A stretch of 40,868 nucleotides of DNA from Bacteroidales bacterium (GCA_024402125.1 JAKSJT010000001.1:1-40868), one strand, 5' to 3'; shown: positions 1-10,399, counted from the stretch's first letter. Notes: a model not told the origin generated them from the letters alone. Made by a program: numbers and translations.

Positions 1-663
1 GGTAAGCTTGAGGACTACACACATAGCATGATGGCTGATGTATATGGCAATGATAACGTATCACTGGACTATAATACTACAATGCGTCAGCTCTCTCTTC
101 AGGCAGAAGAGCTAGCTATGGCAGTGAGAACTCAGAAGTATGCATACCTTCCATCTCTTGCAGCTACATTCGCATATAATATGAATGCATCCACAAATGA
201 CTTCAACTTCAGTGAGTTCAAGTGGACACCATACTCATATGTTGGTCTCAGCCTCCAGATTCCAATCTTCTCAGCTGGAAAGAGACTCAACCAGGTTCGT
301 CAGACAAAGGTTCAGGCAGCAGAGCTTGATCTTCAGAGAAAGAGCACAGAGCGTCAGCTCAAGATCGCTATCCGTCAGTACCTTAACTCAATGGAGACTG
401 ACATGAAGAGCTATGCATCAGCACAGGAAGCAGTTGCTCTTGCACAGAAGGCATATGACATTTCAGAGAGTTCATATGAGCTCGGAAAGAGCACTCTTAC
501 TGACCTTAACGCAGCACAGCTTGCTCTTACACAGGCAAAGCTCGGTGAGAGCCAGGCAATCTATAACTTCATTGTAGCAAAGTCTAACCTTGAGAAGACC
601 CTCGGTTATGACTTCATCGATAGCGAGGGCAATGTAGACCTCGATGCAAAAATTTCAGAATAA
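1..663 (+). CDS. TolC-family outer membrane efflux protein (5' truncated by window edge)
   Basis: Frame is open from base 1; OEP motifs YLPSL, GLSLQIPIFSAG, YELGKSTLTDLNAAQ; directly upstream of MFP and RND genes. Confidence 0.93.
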   Translation, partial: GKLEDYTHSMMADVYGNDNVSLDYNTTMRQLSLQAEELAMAVRTQKYAYLPSLAATFAYNMNASTNDFNFSEFKWTPYSYVGLSLQIPIFSAGKRLNQVRQTKVQAAELDLQRKSTERQLKIAIRQYLNSMETDMKSYASAQEAVALAQKAYDISESSYELGKSTLTDLNAAQLALTQAKLGESQAIYNFIVAKSNLEKTLGYDFIDSEGNVDLDAKISE

Positions 664-677
664 AAAAGAAACGATAT

Positions 678-1712
678 ATGAAAAAGACATTAAGAACAAT
701 TCTTTTGGCAGGTATGGCTGTAGTTGCAGTTAGCTGCGGAAATAGTAGCGCACCTAAGGCTGACGCTCCTATGGCAGCAGACCCAAATGCAGCAGTTAAG
801 GTAAATGTTGCAACAGCAACTTTCCAGGATGTACCTCAGGACGAGATCTACACAGCAACAGTAGAGGCTAACGCTACAAATAATATTGCACCTCAGACAG
901 GCTCACGTATTCAGAAGATCAACGTTGAGATCGGTGATTTCGTAAGAGCTGGACAGGTTCTTGCTGAGATGGACAAGCTTCAGCTTCAGCAGGCAAAGCT
1001 TCAGATGGTAAATGACTCTACAGAGCTCAGCCGTCTCAGAAAGCTTTATGAGCAGGGTGCTCTTGCAAAGGCAGACCTCGAGTCAATGGAACTTGCTTAC
1101 AACGTAAGACAGGCAACATACCAGAACCTTCTCGAGAACACAGTTCTCCGTTCACCTATCAATGGCGTTGTTACAGCACGTAACTACGACAAGGGTGATA
1201 TGTACACAATGGGAAGACCTCTTTACACTGTTCAGGAGATCACTCCAGTGAAGCTTATCGTAGGTATCTCTGAGTCAGACTATACAAAGATTAAGAAGGG
1301 TGATTCAGTTATGATCTCTGCAGATGCTCTTCCTGGAAGATCATTCTCAGGTAAGATCAACAAGATTTATCCTACAATGGAGGCTGGTACACACACAGTC
1401 AATGTTGAGATCGTTGTACCTAACTCTGATAGAGTTCTTCGCCCAGGTATGTACACAAAGGTTGAGATCAACTATGCAAACAACCACAGTATCGTAGTTC
1501 CTGATATCGCAATCGTAAAGATGCAGGGTTCAGGCCAGAAGACAGTTTATGTAGTTAACGGTGACAACACTGTATCTCTTAAGGTTGTCAAGCTCGGTCG
1601 TCACTTCGGTTCTAACTATGAGATTCTTGAAGGTCTTGAAGAGGGAGATGTAGTAGTTACAAAGGGTAACGCAAACGTCAAGTCTGGTTCAAAGATTGAG
1701 ATCATAGGATAA
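678..1712 (+). CDS. RND efflux periplasmic adaptor (membrane fusion) lipoprotein
   Basis: Lipobox VAVSC; V-GD-V-AGQVL, LRSPINGVV, LRPGM and GLEEGD motifs. Confidence 0.95.
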   Translation: MKKTLRTILLAGMAVVAVSCGNSSAPKADAPMAADPNAAVKVNVATATFQDVPQDEIYTATVEANATNNIAPQTGSRIQKINVEIGDFVRAGQVLAEMDKLQLQQAKLQMVNDSTELSRLRKLYEQGALAKADLESMELAYNVRQATYQNLLENTVLRSPINGVVTARNYDKGDMYTMGRPLYTVQEITPVKLIVGISESDYTKIKKGDSVMISADALPGRSFSGKINKIYPTMEAGTHTVNVEIVVPNSDRVLRPGMYTKVEINYANNHSIVVPDIAIVKMQGSGQKTVYVVNGDNTVSLKVVKLGRHFGSNYEILEGLEEGDVVVTKGNANVKSGSKIEIIG

Positions 1713-1733
1713 TTAAAGAAGGAGAATTAACAA

Positions 1734-4700
1734 ATGAGTATTTATAGATCATCGGTGAATAACCCGGTAACGACGGCACTCGTATTCATTGCCTTCGCTA
1801 TCTTCGGTATATTCTCCCTAATGAACACCTCAATTGCGCTGTTCCCATCTTTTGATGCGAATGTCGTCATGGTTATGTCGACATATCCTGGAGCTAGTGC
1901 AGCCGACATTGAGACCAATGTCACAAAGGTCCTTGAGAACACCCTCAATGGTGTAAGTGGTCTTAAGGATATCACTTCTCAGTCAAAGGAGAACCTCTCT
2001 CTGATTACTCTCGAGTTTGAATACGGTGGAGATATTGACGGTCATATGAATGACGTTCGAGACAAGCTCGACCTTGTCAGCATGTCCCTTCCAGATGACG
2101 CATCTTCTCCAATGCTTTTCAAGTTCAGTGCAGACGATATGCCTATTCTGATTCTTTCAGCAACAGCTGATGAGTCGCTTTCTGGACTTGACAAGATTCT
2201 CGATGATAGAGTGGCAACACCTCTTGCTCGAGTATCAGGTGTAGGTTCAGTTACCGTTAACGGTGCTCCTACCCGTGAAATCAAAGTATACTGTGACCCT
2301 AACAAGCTTCAGTCATATGGTCTTTCCATTGCTGGTATTGCTCAGGTTATCGGTCTTGAGAATAGAAACGTTCCTTCAGGAAACATTGATGTAGGATCAA
2401 GCACATACTCTCTTCGTGTTGAGAAGGAGTTCAGTGATCCTAGCGAGCTTCTTGATATCGTAGTTGGATACTCTGGTCGCAAGGCTGTTTATCTTAAGGA
2501 CGTTGCAACTGTTGAGGATGGTGAGGAAGAGCGTTCACAGGAGGCTTACACAAATGGAGTCCGCTCTGCAACAATCGCTATTACAAAGCAGTCAGGATCA
2601 AATGACGTTAACGTTATCAAGGGTGTCAAGGCTAAGCTTGCTGAGGTCATGGATGACCTTCCTTCAGATATCAACATCACAACTGTCATTGACTCATCTG
2701 ATAATATCATCAATACAGTGAACTCTCTTAAGGAGACCATTATGATCACTCTCCTTGTTGTTGCGTTCGTTGTATTCATCTTCCTCGGTAGATGGAGAGC
2801 TACATTCATCATTGTAATCTCTATTCCTATCGCGCTCCTTGGTTCACTTGTTTACCTCTTTGCTACAGGTAATACTCTTAATATCATTTCAATGTCCGCA
2901 CTCTCCATAGCGATCGGTATGGTCGTGGATGATGCGATTGTAGTAATTGAGAACGTATCAACACACCTTGAAAGAGGTGAGAAGGCAAAAGAGGCTGCAG
3001 TTCATGGAACAGCTGAAGTAGGTATTTCAGTAATCGCTTCAACTCTTACAATGCTTTGCGTATTCCTTCCTCTTACTATGGTATCAGGTATGGCTGGACT
3101 TATGTTCAAGCAGCTTGGTTGGATTGTAAGTATCATCATGATCATCTCTACAACAGCGGCTCTTACACTTGTTCCTATGCTCTGTTCAAAGATGCTCAAG
3201 GCAGGTCCTAAGACAGGTAAGCTTCACAATGCAATCTTTGGTCCTATCAACAGATTCCTTGACTGGATCTCTAGAGGCTATGGAAAGCTTATTGCTTGGG
3301 CTACAACTCATAGAAAGAGTACAATCCTGGGAGCATTTGCAATCGGCGCCATTATCATTGGTGTCTTCGGTGCAGGTCTTGAGACAGAGTACTTCCCTCA
3401 TCAGGACCAGGGCCGTCTTACAGTAAGTATCCAGCTTCCTGTGGGAACAGCTCAGAGCACAACAGCAGAGTTCGCTCATAACTTCTACGCTAGAGTTAAG
3501 CAGGACGTTCCAGAACTTAAGATCAGCTCTATGAACTACGGTCAGGCTTCTTCTGACAACACTTACGCAAGTATGCAGACCAACGGTACTTACATCGTAT
3601 CAATGAACGTCAATGTAGGAGGTCTCAACTGGCGTAGAGCTAGATGCAAGGAACTTGGTATCCCATTCAGAAGCACAAGTGAGATTGCAGAGGTTCTTCG
3701 TGCTGACCTTGCAGAGTATCCTGAAGTTAAGAAGGTTAGAATTACCGAAGGTATGGGCGGTATGGGTGGTGCCTCTACAGTTAATGTCGAGCTTTATGGC
3801 TACGACTTCGCAGAGACTGACTCCCTTGCTAGAATAATCCAGGCAGAAATGCGTAAGGATCCTAGCTTCGTTGAGGTTACCCTTAGCCGTGATGACTATA
3901 CACCTGAGTACCAGATTGACTTCGATAGAACAAAGCTTGCTCTCAATGGTCTTAACTCTACAACAGCTGCTGCTGCATTCAGCGCTGCGATGAGCGGACA
4001 GATCGCTTCACGATATAGAGAGGATGGAGAAGAGTACAGCATCCGTGTTCGTTATGCTCCTCAGTACAGATCTAGTGAGGAAGATATCGAAAACATCGTG
4101 GTTTACTCACCAATGGGTGGTGCTGTCAGAATGAAGGATCTCGGTGAGGTTGTTGAGACAATGGTTCCTCCTACAATCCAGAGAAAGAACCGTGAGAGAT
4201 ATATCTCAATTTCTGGTATTATGGCAGATAAGGTTCCTCTAAGTGTCGGTGTTAAGGCAGCTCAGGCTGTTATCGACAACGCTCAGCTCCCTAATAACAT
4301 TCAGGCAGAGATCGGTGGTGACTTCGAGGAGCAGCAGAAGATGATGAAGAATCTCGTTATGCTCATGATCCTTATCATTATCCTCGTATACATGGTAATG
4401 GCATCTCAGTTCGAGTCATTCATGAGTCCATTTGTGATCATGTTCTCAGTGCCATTCGCTCTTGTGGGTGTAGTACTCGGACTTGCGGTTACAGGAACAC
4501 CACTCGGTATGATGGCGATGATTGGTATTATCATTCTCCTTGGTATCGTAGTAAAGAACGGTATTGTGCTCATTGACTACACAATCCTCATGAGAGAAAG
4601 AGGAATGTCAGTTCTCGATGCTACAGTTACAGCATCTAAGAGCCGTCTTCGTCCTATTCTCATGACAACTCTTACAACAGTACTCGGTATGCTTCCTATG

Positions 4701-4889
4701 GCTCTCGGAACAGGTGAAGGTGCAGAGATGTGGAGAACTCTCGGTATGACAGTGTGCTGGGGTCTTTCAATCTCAACACTCGTAACACTTGTCCTTATCC
4801 CTACAGTATACTGCGTATTCGCAACAAGACAGGAGAGAAACCGTGCAAAGAAGAAGGCTGCTAAGGCTGCCGCTGAAAGTGCAGAATAA
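1734..4889 (+). CDS. RND efflux permease (AcrB/AcrD/AcrF family)
   Basis: 1051 aa, multiple hydrophobic helices, GMVVDDAIVVIEN, KNGIVLID, RLRPILMTTLTT. Confidence 0.97.
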   Translation: MSIYRSSVNNPVTTALVFIAFAIFGIFSLMNTSIALFPSFDANVVMVMSTYPGASAADIETNVTKVLENTLNGVSGLKDITSQSKENLSLITLEFEYGGDIDGHMNDVRDKLDLVSMSLPDDASSPMLFKFSADDMPILILSATADESLSGLDKILDDRVATPLARVSGVGSVTVNGAPTREIKVYCDPNKLQSYGLSIAGIAQVIGLENRNVPSGNIDVGSSTYSLRVEKEFSDPSELLDIVVGYSGRKAVYLKDVATVEDGEEERSQEAYTNGVRSATIAITKQSGSNDVNVIKGVKAKLAEVMDDLPSDINITTVIDSSDNIINTVNSLKETIMITLLVVAFVVFIFLGRWRATFIIVISIPIALLGSLVYLFATGNTLNIISMSALSIAIGMVVDDAIVVIENVSTHLERGEKAKEAAVHGTAEVGISVIASTLTMLCVFLPLTMVSGMAGLMFKQLGWIVSIIMIISTTAALTLVPMLCSKMLKAGPKTGKLHNAIFGPINRFLDWISRGYGKLIAWATTHRKSTILGAFAIGAIIIGVFGAGLETEYFPHQDQGRLTVSIQLPVGTAQSTTAEFAHNFYARVKQDVPELKISSMNYGQASSDNTYASMQTNGTYIVSMNVNVGGLNWRRARCKELGIPFRSTSEIAEVLRADLAEYPEVKKVRITEGMGGMGGASTVNVELYGYDFAETDSLARIIQAEMRKDPSFVEVTLSRDDYTPEYQIDFDRTKLALNGLNSTTAAAAFSAAMSGQIASRYREDGEEYSIRVRYAPQYRSSEEDIENIVVYSPMGGAVRMKDLGEVVETMVPPTIQRKNRERYISISGIMADKVPLSVGVKAAQAVIDNAQLPNNIQAEIGGDFEEQQKMMKNLVMLMILIIILVYMVMASQFESFMSPFVIMFSVPFALVGVVLGLAVTGTPLGMMAMIGIIILLGIVVKNGIVLIDYTILMRERGMSVLDATVTASKSRLRPILMTTLTTVLGMLPMALGTGEGAEMWRTLGMTVCWGLSISTLVTLVLIPTVYCVFATRQERNRAKKKAAKAAAESAE

Positions 4890-4901
4890 TATTTGAGAAG
4901 T

Positions 4902-5195
4902 ATGAAAGCAATATTCATCGCATATAACCAGGCCTACAATGAGGAAATTGTAGAGCTTCTTGAAAAGCATGGACAGAGAGGTTTCACTCAGTGGAACGAG
5001 ATCGCCGGAAGGGGATCAGAGACAGGAGAGCCTCATTACGGAGACCATGCTTGGCCAACCATGAACAATGCTGTTCTTACAATGGTTGATGATGACAAGG
5101 TTGAAGGTATCATGTCTGCTCTTAAGAGAAAGGACGAGAAATATCAGGACCTTGGCCTTAGAGCATTCTCATGGAACGTTGAGAAAAGCATGTAA
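4902..5195 (+). CDS. PG0541-family transporter-associated (PII-like) protein
   Basis: 97 aa from ATG 4902 (MKAIFIAYNQA); GRGS-TGEPH-G-HAWP signature; last gene of a Bacteroidales RND operon. Confidence 0.85.
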   Translation: MKAIFIAYNQAYNEEIVELLEKHGQRGFTQWNEIAGRGSETGEPHYGDHAWPTMNNAVLTMVDDDKVEGIMSALKRKDEKYQDLGLRAFSWNVEKSM

Positions 5196-5214
5196 TTAAA
5201 CCAAATACAGGTTT

Positions 5215-5260
5215 GAGAAATTCCAATTACAAATTGTTATATTTGTGATTGGAATTTTTC
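5215..5260. repeat. Long inverted repeat (about 20-bp stem, 6-nt loop): probable terminator of the efflux operon, overlapping the trxA promoter
   Basis: AAATTCCAATTACAAAT (5218-5234) pairs with ATTTGTGATTGGAATTT (5241-5257) with one G-U pair. Confidence 0.7.
5238..5245 (+). promoter_or_regulatory. Bacteroidota sigma-A -7 box (TAnnTTTG) for trxA
   Basis: TATATTTG about 40 nt upstream of ATG 5287; TTTG at 5212-5215 is a possible -33 box. Confidence 0.65.
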
Positions 5261-5286
5261 CATTTAACACTAAAAAGCGAACAATT

Positions 5287-5601
5287 ATGGAAATTAATGT
5301 AACAAACGAGAATTTTGCGGAGATTATCGCATCCGATAAGCCAGTTATGGTAGACTTCTGGGCAACATGGTGTGGTCCTTGTCGTGCTATTGCTCCAACA
5401 GTTGAGGAGGTAGCAAATGAGTACGAAGGAAAGGCTATCGTTGCAAAGTGCAACGTTGACGAGGCTGACGAGATCGGTCCTCAGTTCCGCATCAGAAATA
5501 TCCCTACACTTCTCTTCTTCAAGGGTGGTGAAGTAAAGGACAGACTTGTAGGAGCTGTATCAAAGGCTGAAATCACAGCTAAACTTGATGCTCTTATCTA
5601 A
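5287..5601 (+). CDS. trxA: Thioredoxin
   Basis: WCGPC active site, VDFWA, IPTLLFFK; 104 aa from ATG 5287 (the track start at 5245 is too long). Confidence 0.97.
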   Translation: MEINVTNENFAEIIASDKPVMVDFWATWCGPCRAIAPTVEEVANEYEGKAIVAKCNVDEADEIGPQFRIRNIPTLLFFKGGEVKDRLVGAVSKAEITAKLDALI

Positions 5602-5618
5602 TAACCTTCACTTGAATT

Positions 5619-6287
5619 ATGAAAAAGCTTGTTCTAACCGTTATTGCAGCCGTTTCTATGCTCTTTTTTGCAGACAAGGCATCTGCACAGATTGAGGGCG
5701 TAGGAGTGTTTGGTGGATTTACATCATCAAGCTCGAATGTCAAGAACTTCACACCTAGCTCGGTATCTCAGTACCATTTAGGTGTTGCATATAAGTTTAA
5801 CCTTGGCCTTGGCCTTGCTATTCAGCCATCCGTGTCTTATCAGGTGAAGGGAACAACCCTTGACATGATAGGATCTCAGACTATCTCTGAGAACCTTAGA
5901 GTTCTGGATGCCAGTGTAGGTTATGTGGAGATTCCGCTGCAGATACAGTGGGGACCGGACCTTATGGCCTTCAGACCATATGTTCTCGCAGAACCATTTG
6001 TTGGTTTTGGAGTGAACTTTAAAGCTGCAGGCCCTCTTAACATTGAGACAGTCAAAAATGATTGGAAGGCAGCAAACATGTCAAGACTTGAGTATGGTAT
6101 CGGACTTGGAGGAGGAATCGAGGTATGGCGCTTCCAGGTTGCGGCCAAGTACTTCTGGAACTTCGGATCACTTTGTGACAATGAGGGAAAGATTGATGTA
6201 GGAGCTGTTGCCAATACAGTAAGCGAGGCATTCAAGGGCGGTAAGAATTTTAACGGTATTTCAGTTTCACTCGGATTTTTCTTTTAG
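5619..6287 (+). CDS. Outer membrane beta-barrel (porin-family/PorT-like) protein
   Basis: Signal peptide ending ASA-Q; YVEIPL and PYVLAEP strands; C-terminal aromatic strand SLGFFF. Confidence 0.8.
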   Translation: MKKLVLTVIAAVSMLFFADKASAQIEGVGVFGGFTSSSSNVKNFTPSSVSQYHLGVAYKFNLGLGLAIQPSVSYQVKGTTLDMIGSQTISENLRVLDASVGYVEIPLQIQWGPDLMAFRPYVLAEPFVGFGVNFKAAGPLNIETVKNDWKAANMSRLEYGIGLGGGIEVWRFQVAAKYFWNFGSLCDNEGKIDVGAVANTVSEAFKGGKNFNGISVSLGFFF

Positions 6288-6293
6288 TAGAAT

Positions 6294-6830
6294 ATGTCTG
6301 ACAAGAGATTATTGATTTATTGCTCTGCAAGCTACACCATTGACCCTAAGTACAATGATGCGGCAAGGCAGATTGTTGATGCGGCTTGTTCACTTGGCTA
6401 TACTATAGTTTCTGGAGGAACAGTCAAGGGAACAATGGGTGTCATTGCAGAGGAAGTCGTGAAAGTAGGAGGCAGGCATGTAGGTGTAGTCCCTCGTTTT
6501 ATGGAACCTCTTGTCTATCCTGAAATGACCGAGACAATCTGGACAGACACAATGTCTGAGAGAAAGGAGAAGATGCGTCAAGGTGCTACTGCATGCCTTG
6601 CACTTCCCGGTGGAGTCGGAACTCTTGATGAGCTTATGGAGACTCTGACTCTAGCAAAACTGGACCAGTACTCAGGAAAGGTGATTGCATATAATATGGA
6701 CGGTTTCTACGAGCCTCTTAAAGATCTTCTGGACCACTATGTCAGAACAGAAATGCTTGATGAGAAGTCCAGAGCTTTGATCACATTCCCAGGTACTATA
6801 GAGGAACTCGTAAAAGAGCTTTCCTGCTAA
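6294..6830 (+). CDS. LOG-family (TIGR00730-like) nucleotide phosphoribohydrolase
   Basis: PGGVGTLDE motif, MSERK, GG--G-MG. Confidence 0.9.
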   Translation: MSDKRLLIYCSASYTIDPKYNDAARQIVDAACSLGYTIVSGGTVKGTMGVIAEEVVKVGGRHVGVVPRFMEPLVYPEMTETIWTDTMSERKEKMRQGATACLALPGGVGTLDELMETLTLAKLDQYSGKVIAYNMDGFYEPLKDLLDHYVRTEMLDEKSRALITFPGTIEELVKELSC

Positions 6831-6845
6831 ATAGAAGATTTGACG

Positions 6846-7829
6846 ATGGATATAAAACAGCTAAGAGAGTATTTAGGAGAAGACCTTGTAAAAGTTGAGA
6901 AGCTAATCAGAGAATCACTTAGGAGTGATATAGATCTTCTGAACTACACGAATGATTCAATATTGTCTCATTCGGGTAAGCAGCTTCGTCCTATTCTTAC
7001 TCTTCTTATGGGAAGGATTTGTTCAGGTGGACATGTTACAGTAGATACTATTGGTTTTGCTGCTGCAACGGAACTTCTTCATAATGCGACTCTTCTTCAT
7101 GACGATGTTGCAGATAAGAGTACAGTTAGACGTGGCCGTCCTACTGTCATGTCGATTCTGGGAGGTCCGGCATCAGTTCTTATCGGAGACTTCTGGCTAG
7201 TTAAGGCAATGGACAATGTCCTTTCATCAAAGCTTCATAGCACTGATGTTATAAAGATATTTGCTAGAACTCTCAGTGATCTCGCTGAAGGAGAAATGCT
7301 CCAGCTTCAGAAGGCTGAAAGGGGAGATACAGACGAGAACGATTATATCCGTATCATCTACAACAAGACAGCGTCATTGTTTGTGACAGCAGCAGAGTCT
7401 GCTGCTATTTCTGTGGGAGCAAGTGCAGAACAGCAGAATGCCGCTAAAGCATTCGCAACAGCGCTGGGAATCGCTTTCCAGATCAAGGATGATATCTTTG
7501 ATTACTCTGACAGTGAAGAGATTGGAAAGCCTGTTGGAATTGATCTTCTGGAGCAGAAGATAACCCTTCCACTTTTGGGAGCCCTTGGTAATGTCGACAA
7601 GGACAAGCAGGCGGAGATTAGAAAGATGGTTTCCGGCATGGCTGAACATCCAGAGAACGTCTCTATCGTCAGAGACTTTGTAAAGGCGAACGGTGGAGTT
7701 GAGTACGCAGAAAAGAAGCTCGACGAATACATCAGCAAAGCTATCATTGCTCTTAGAGTGTTCCCTGATTCTCCAGATAAGGAATGTCTCAAGGCAATGG
7801 CTCAATATGTTGGTATAAGACAGAAATAG
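6846..7829 (+). CDS. Polyprenyl diphosphate synthase (IspB-like)
   Basis: GKQLRP, first Asp-rich motif HDDVAD followed by RRG, second motif FQIKDDIFD. Confidence 0.93.
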   Translation: MDIKQLREYLGEDLVKVEKLIRESLRSDIDLLNYTNDSILSHSGKQLRPILTLLMGRICSGGHVTVDTIGFAAATELLHNATLLHDDVADKSTVRRGRPTVMSILGGPASVLIGDFWLVKAMDNVLSSKLHSTDVIKIFARTLSDLAEGEMLQLQKAERGDTDENDYIRIIYNKTASLFVTAAESAAISVGASAEQQNAAKAFATALGIAFQIKDDIFDYSDSEEIGKPVGIDLLEQKITLPLLGALGNVDKDKQAEIRKMVSGMAEHPENVSIVRDFVKANGGVEYAEKKLDEYISKAIIALRVFPDSPDKECLKAMAQYVGIRQK

Positions 7830-7855
7830 TATAGACAGATAATTACTTCGGAGGG

Positions 7856-8989
7856 ATGCAGTTCAGCAAGATACAAGGTAATCAGGATGTGAAGAACGCC
7901 CTTTGCGAGATGGCAGCATCTGGCAGAATTCCTCATGCAATCATGTTCTATGAGAACGATGGTTGTGGAGCCTTGGCTATGATTCTTGCTTTTCTTCAGA
8001 AGATACTTTGCCATCAGCCATCGGGAACTGATTCCTGTGGAGAGTGCCCTTCATGTAACAAGGTCGAAAAACTGATTCATCCTGATATTCATTTCACATT
8101 TCCTATCACAACAGGATCAAAGGTATCAGGTGCTGTCAAGGATCTTACCTGTGACATGTATATCAAGTGGTACAGGGAGCTCCTTATCAAAAATCCATAC
8201 TTTCTGGAGAATGAGTTAGGCTCTGCCCTTGGCATTGAAAGCAAGTCCGGAACAATTGCAGTTGCGGAAGCAAAGGCAATCATAAACCAGTTGTCTCTTA
8301 CTTCGGTTCAGGGTGGATACAGGGCAGTTGTTGTATATCTTCCTGAAAAGATGAACCAGGAAGCTGCGAACAGACTTCTAAAGTCTATCGAGGAACCACC
8401 AGAGAAGACACTCTTCCTTATGGTAACTCATGCTCCTGAAAAGGTTCTTCAGACCATTTCATCAAGATGCCAGGGTATCAGAATCCTCCCTCTGTCAAAG
8501 GATGATGTGGTGGCAACTCTAGTCAATGAATTTGAGATTGACCAGGAGTCTGCAATTAATGCGGCAGCTGTTTCCGGAGGTAGTGTCGGAAAGGCCCTCA
8601 AGTACTTGGAGGATTCAGAAGACATAACTGTTGAGGAAGATATCTTCCGCCAGCTTATGGATGCTCTTGTGTCAAAGAATCTCTATGATGCCCTGACAGT
8701 CGGAGAGGCAATGGCAGATTTGGATTCAAGAGAAAAACAGAAAGCTTTTTGTAAATTTGCAGGTGATTGTCTTAGAAAGATTTTCATGTTGCAGCAGAAT
8801 CTCCCCGATTTGGCAGGAGTAACTGCAGAAGAAAAGGCTTACTATACAGACCTTGCACAGAAATGCAAGAAGAGCTTCCCACGCAATGCGGCAGCTCTAT
8901 TTGACAAGGCTATGATGCTGATTGACAGGAATGTCAGTCAGAAAATGGTATTTTGTGACCTTGTCACCCATTTATTATATATCATATAG
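7856..8989 (+). CDS. holB: DNA polymerase III subunit delta-prime
   Basis: GRIPHA, zinc module C...CGECPSC, HPDIH, AANRLLKSIEEPP, TISSRCQ. Confidence 0.93.
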   Translation: MQFSKIQGNQDVKNALCEMAASGRIPHAIMFYENDGCGALAMILAFLQKILCHQPSGTDSCGECPSCNKVEKLIHPDIHFTFPITTGSKVSGAVKDLTCDMYIKWYRELLIKNPYFLENELGSALGIESKSGTIAVAEAKAIINQLSLTSVQGGYRAVVVYLPEKMNQEAANRLLKSIEEPPEKTLFLMVTHAPEKVLQTISSRCQGIRILPLSKDDVVATLVNEFEIDQESAINAAAVSGGSVGKALKYLEDSEDITVEEDIFRQLMDALVSKNLYDALTVGEAMADLDSREKQKAFCKFAGDCLRKIFMLQQNLPDLAGVTAEEKAYYTDLAQKCKKSFPRNAAALFDKAMMLIDRNVSQKMVFCDLVTHLLYII

Positions 8990-9004
8990 ATACTGAACCA
9001 TTTT

Positions 9005-10387
9005 ATGGAATACACAGATAACGAGAATATTCAGTTTGACTGCAGCCGAGGATGTACTGTCACTAGAGACGGAGAAACCGGCGAGTTGAACGTCAACTAT
9101 AGAAGTGGATGCTGTAAGCTCAAGGACTATAACTGGCTTGCAGGTGTTCGTCAGGAGCAGTTCAAGGATCTCTTTGAGGTGCGTTTCAAAAATACCAGAA
9201 AGGGTATCTATATCAATGCATCTGGTCAGAATATCAAAACAGGTGACCTTGTCATTGTTGAGGCAGCTACAGGTCATGACCTTGGTATCGTGACCCTTGA
9301 GGGTCCTATTGTCGGCCGTCAGATGATTGCAAAGGGAATAGATTCTGAGAATACACAGTTTAAGAAGATCTACCGTAAGGCGAAGAACTTTGATATTGAA
9401 AAGTGGCATGAGGCTATCGCAAGAGAGCAGGATACCATGATTCAGGCAAGACGAATCGCCGCTGAGATGGGTCTTGAAATGAAGATCGGAGATGTCGAGT
9501 TCCAGGGTGATGGAACAAAGGCTATCTTCTACTATATCGCTGATGGTCGAGTTGACTTCCGTCAGCTTATCAAGGTGTTTGCTGAGGAGTTCCGTATCAG
9601 AATCGAGATGAAGCAGATCGGAGCAAGACAGGAGGCTGGTCTTATTGGTGGTCTTGGAGTTTGCGGAAGAGAACTCTGCTGCGCCAACTACATTTCCAAG
9701 TTCCAGTCAATCTCAACTTCGGCTGCTCGCTGTCAGGACTTGTCTCTCAACCCTCAGAAGCTTGCCGGTCAGTGCGGAAAGCTCAAGTGCTGTCTGAACT
9801 ATGAGGTTGCAACTTACCTTGATGCTCAGTCAAGACTTCCTAAGGTTGTTGAACCTCTTGAGTTCGAAGATGGTCTTGCATATCTTGTAAAGACAGATAT
9901 TCTCAAGGAGACAATGTACTTCTCTTATGAGAAGGGATCTCTTACCAATATCTATCCGCTCGATGCATACGAAGTTCGTGAGGTAATCAAGATGAACCGC
10001 AATGGCATCAAGCCTGATTCATTGAAGGTGGAACCAGAACCAAGCGCACCAGAGTTCGTGACAGCAGTCGGAGATGACAGCATCTCAAGATTTGATAACG
10101 TCTCTAAGAAAAAGAAGAAGAACAAGAAAAAGGGTGGCAATGGCCCTAAGGCTGAGACAGCACCAGTAGAGCAGAAGCAGAAGGCAGAGCCACAGCAGCC
10201 AAAGCCTGAGAAACCTCAGAACAATAAGCCTCAGAGTGAGAAACCTCACGGAGAGAAGCCTCAGGAAGGTGCTCAGGGAAAGCGCAATGATGGTCAGCCT
10301 CATGGACAGAAGCACCACCATCACGGACATGGTAACAAGAACAAGGGACCTCGTCCTCAGGGACATGGCGAGGGCAAGCAGCAGTAA
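9005..10387 (+). CDS. ricT: PSP1-domain / RicT (YaaT)-like Fe-S regulatory protein with a disordered K/Q/H-rich tail
   Basis: GRVDFRQL, CGRELCC, CGKLKCC; follows holB as usual. Confidence 0.9.
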   Translation: MEYTDNENIQFDCSRGCTVTRDGETGELNVNYRSGCCKLKDYNWLAGVRQEQFKDLFEVRFKNTRKGIYINASGQNIKTGDLVIVEAATGHDLGIVTLEGPIVGRQMIAKGIDSENTQFKKIYRKAKNFDIEKWHEAIAREQDTMIQARRIAAEMGLEMKIGDVEFQGDGTKAIFYYIADGRVDFRQLIKVFAEEFRIRIEMKQIGARQEAGLIGGLGVCGRELCCANYISKFQSISTSAARCQDLSLNPQKLAGQCGKLKCCLNYEVATYLDAQSRLPKVVEPLEFEDGLAYLVKTDILKETMYFSYEKGSLTNIYPLDAYEVREVIKMNRNGIKPDSLKVEPEPSAPEFVTAVGDDSISRFDNVSKKKKKNKKKGGNGPKAETAPVEQKQKAEPQQPKPEKPQNNKPQSEKPHGEKPQEGAQGKRNDGQPHGQKHHHHGHGNKNKGPRPQGHGEGKQQ

Positions 10388-10399
10388 GAAAGGGAAGAG

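Noticed and set aside
1719-1724. AAGGAG Shine-Dalgarno-like sequence before the RND permease
   Set aside because: A single instance in a purine-rich gap; other genes lack it and Bacteroidota rarely use SD pairing, so it cannot be distinguished from chance.
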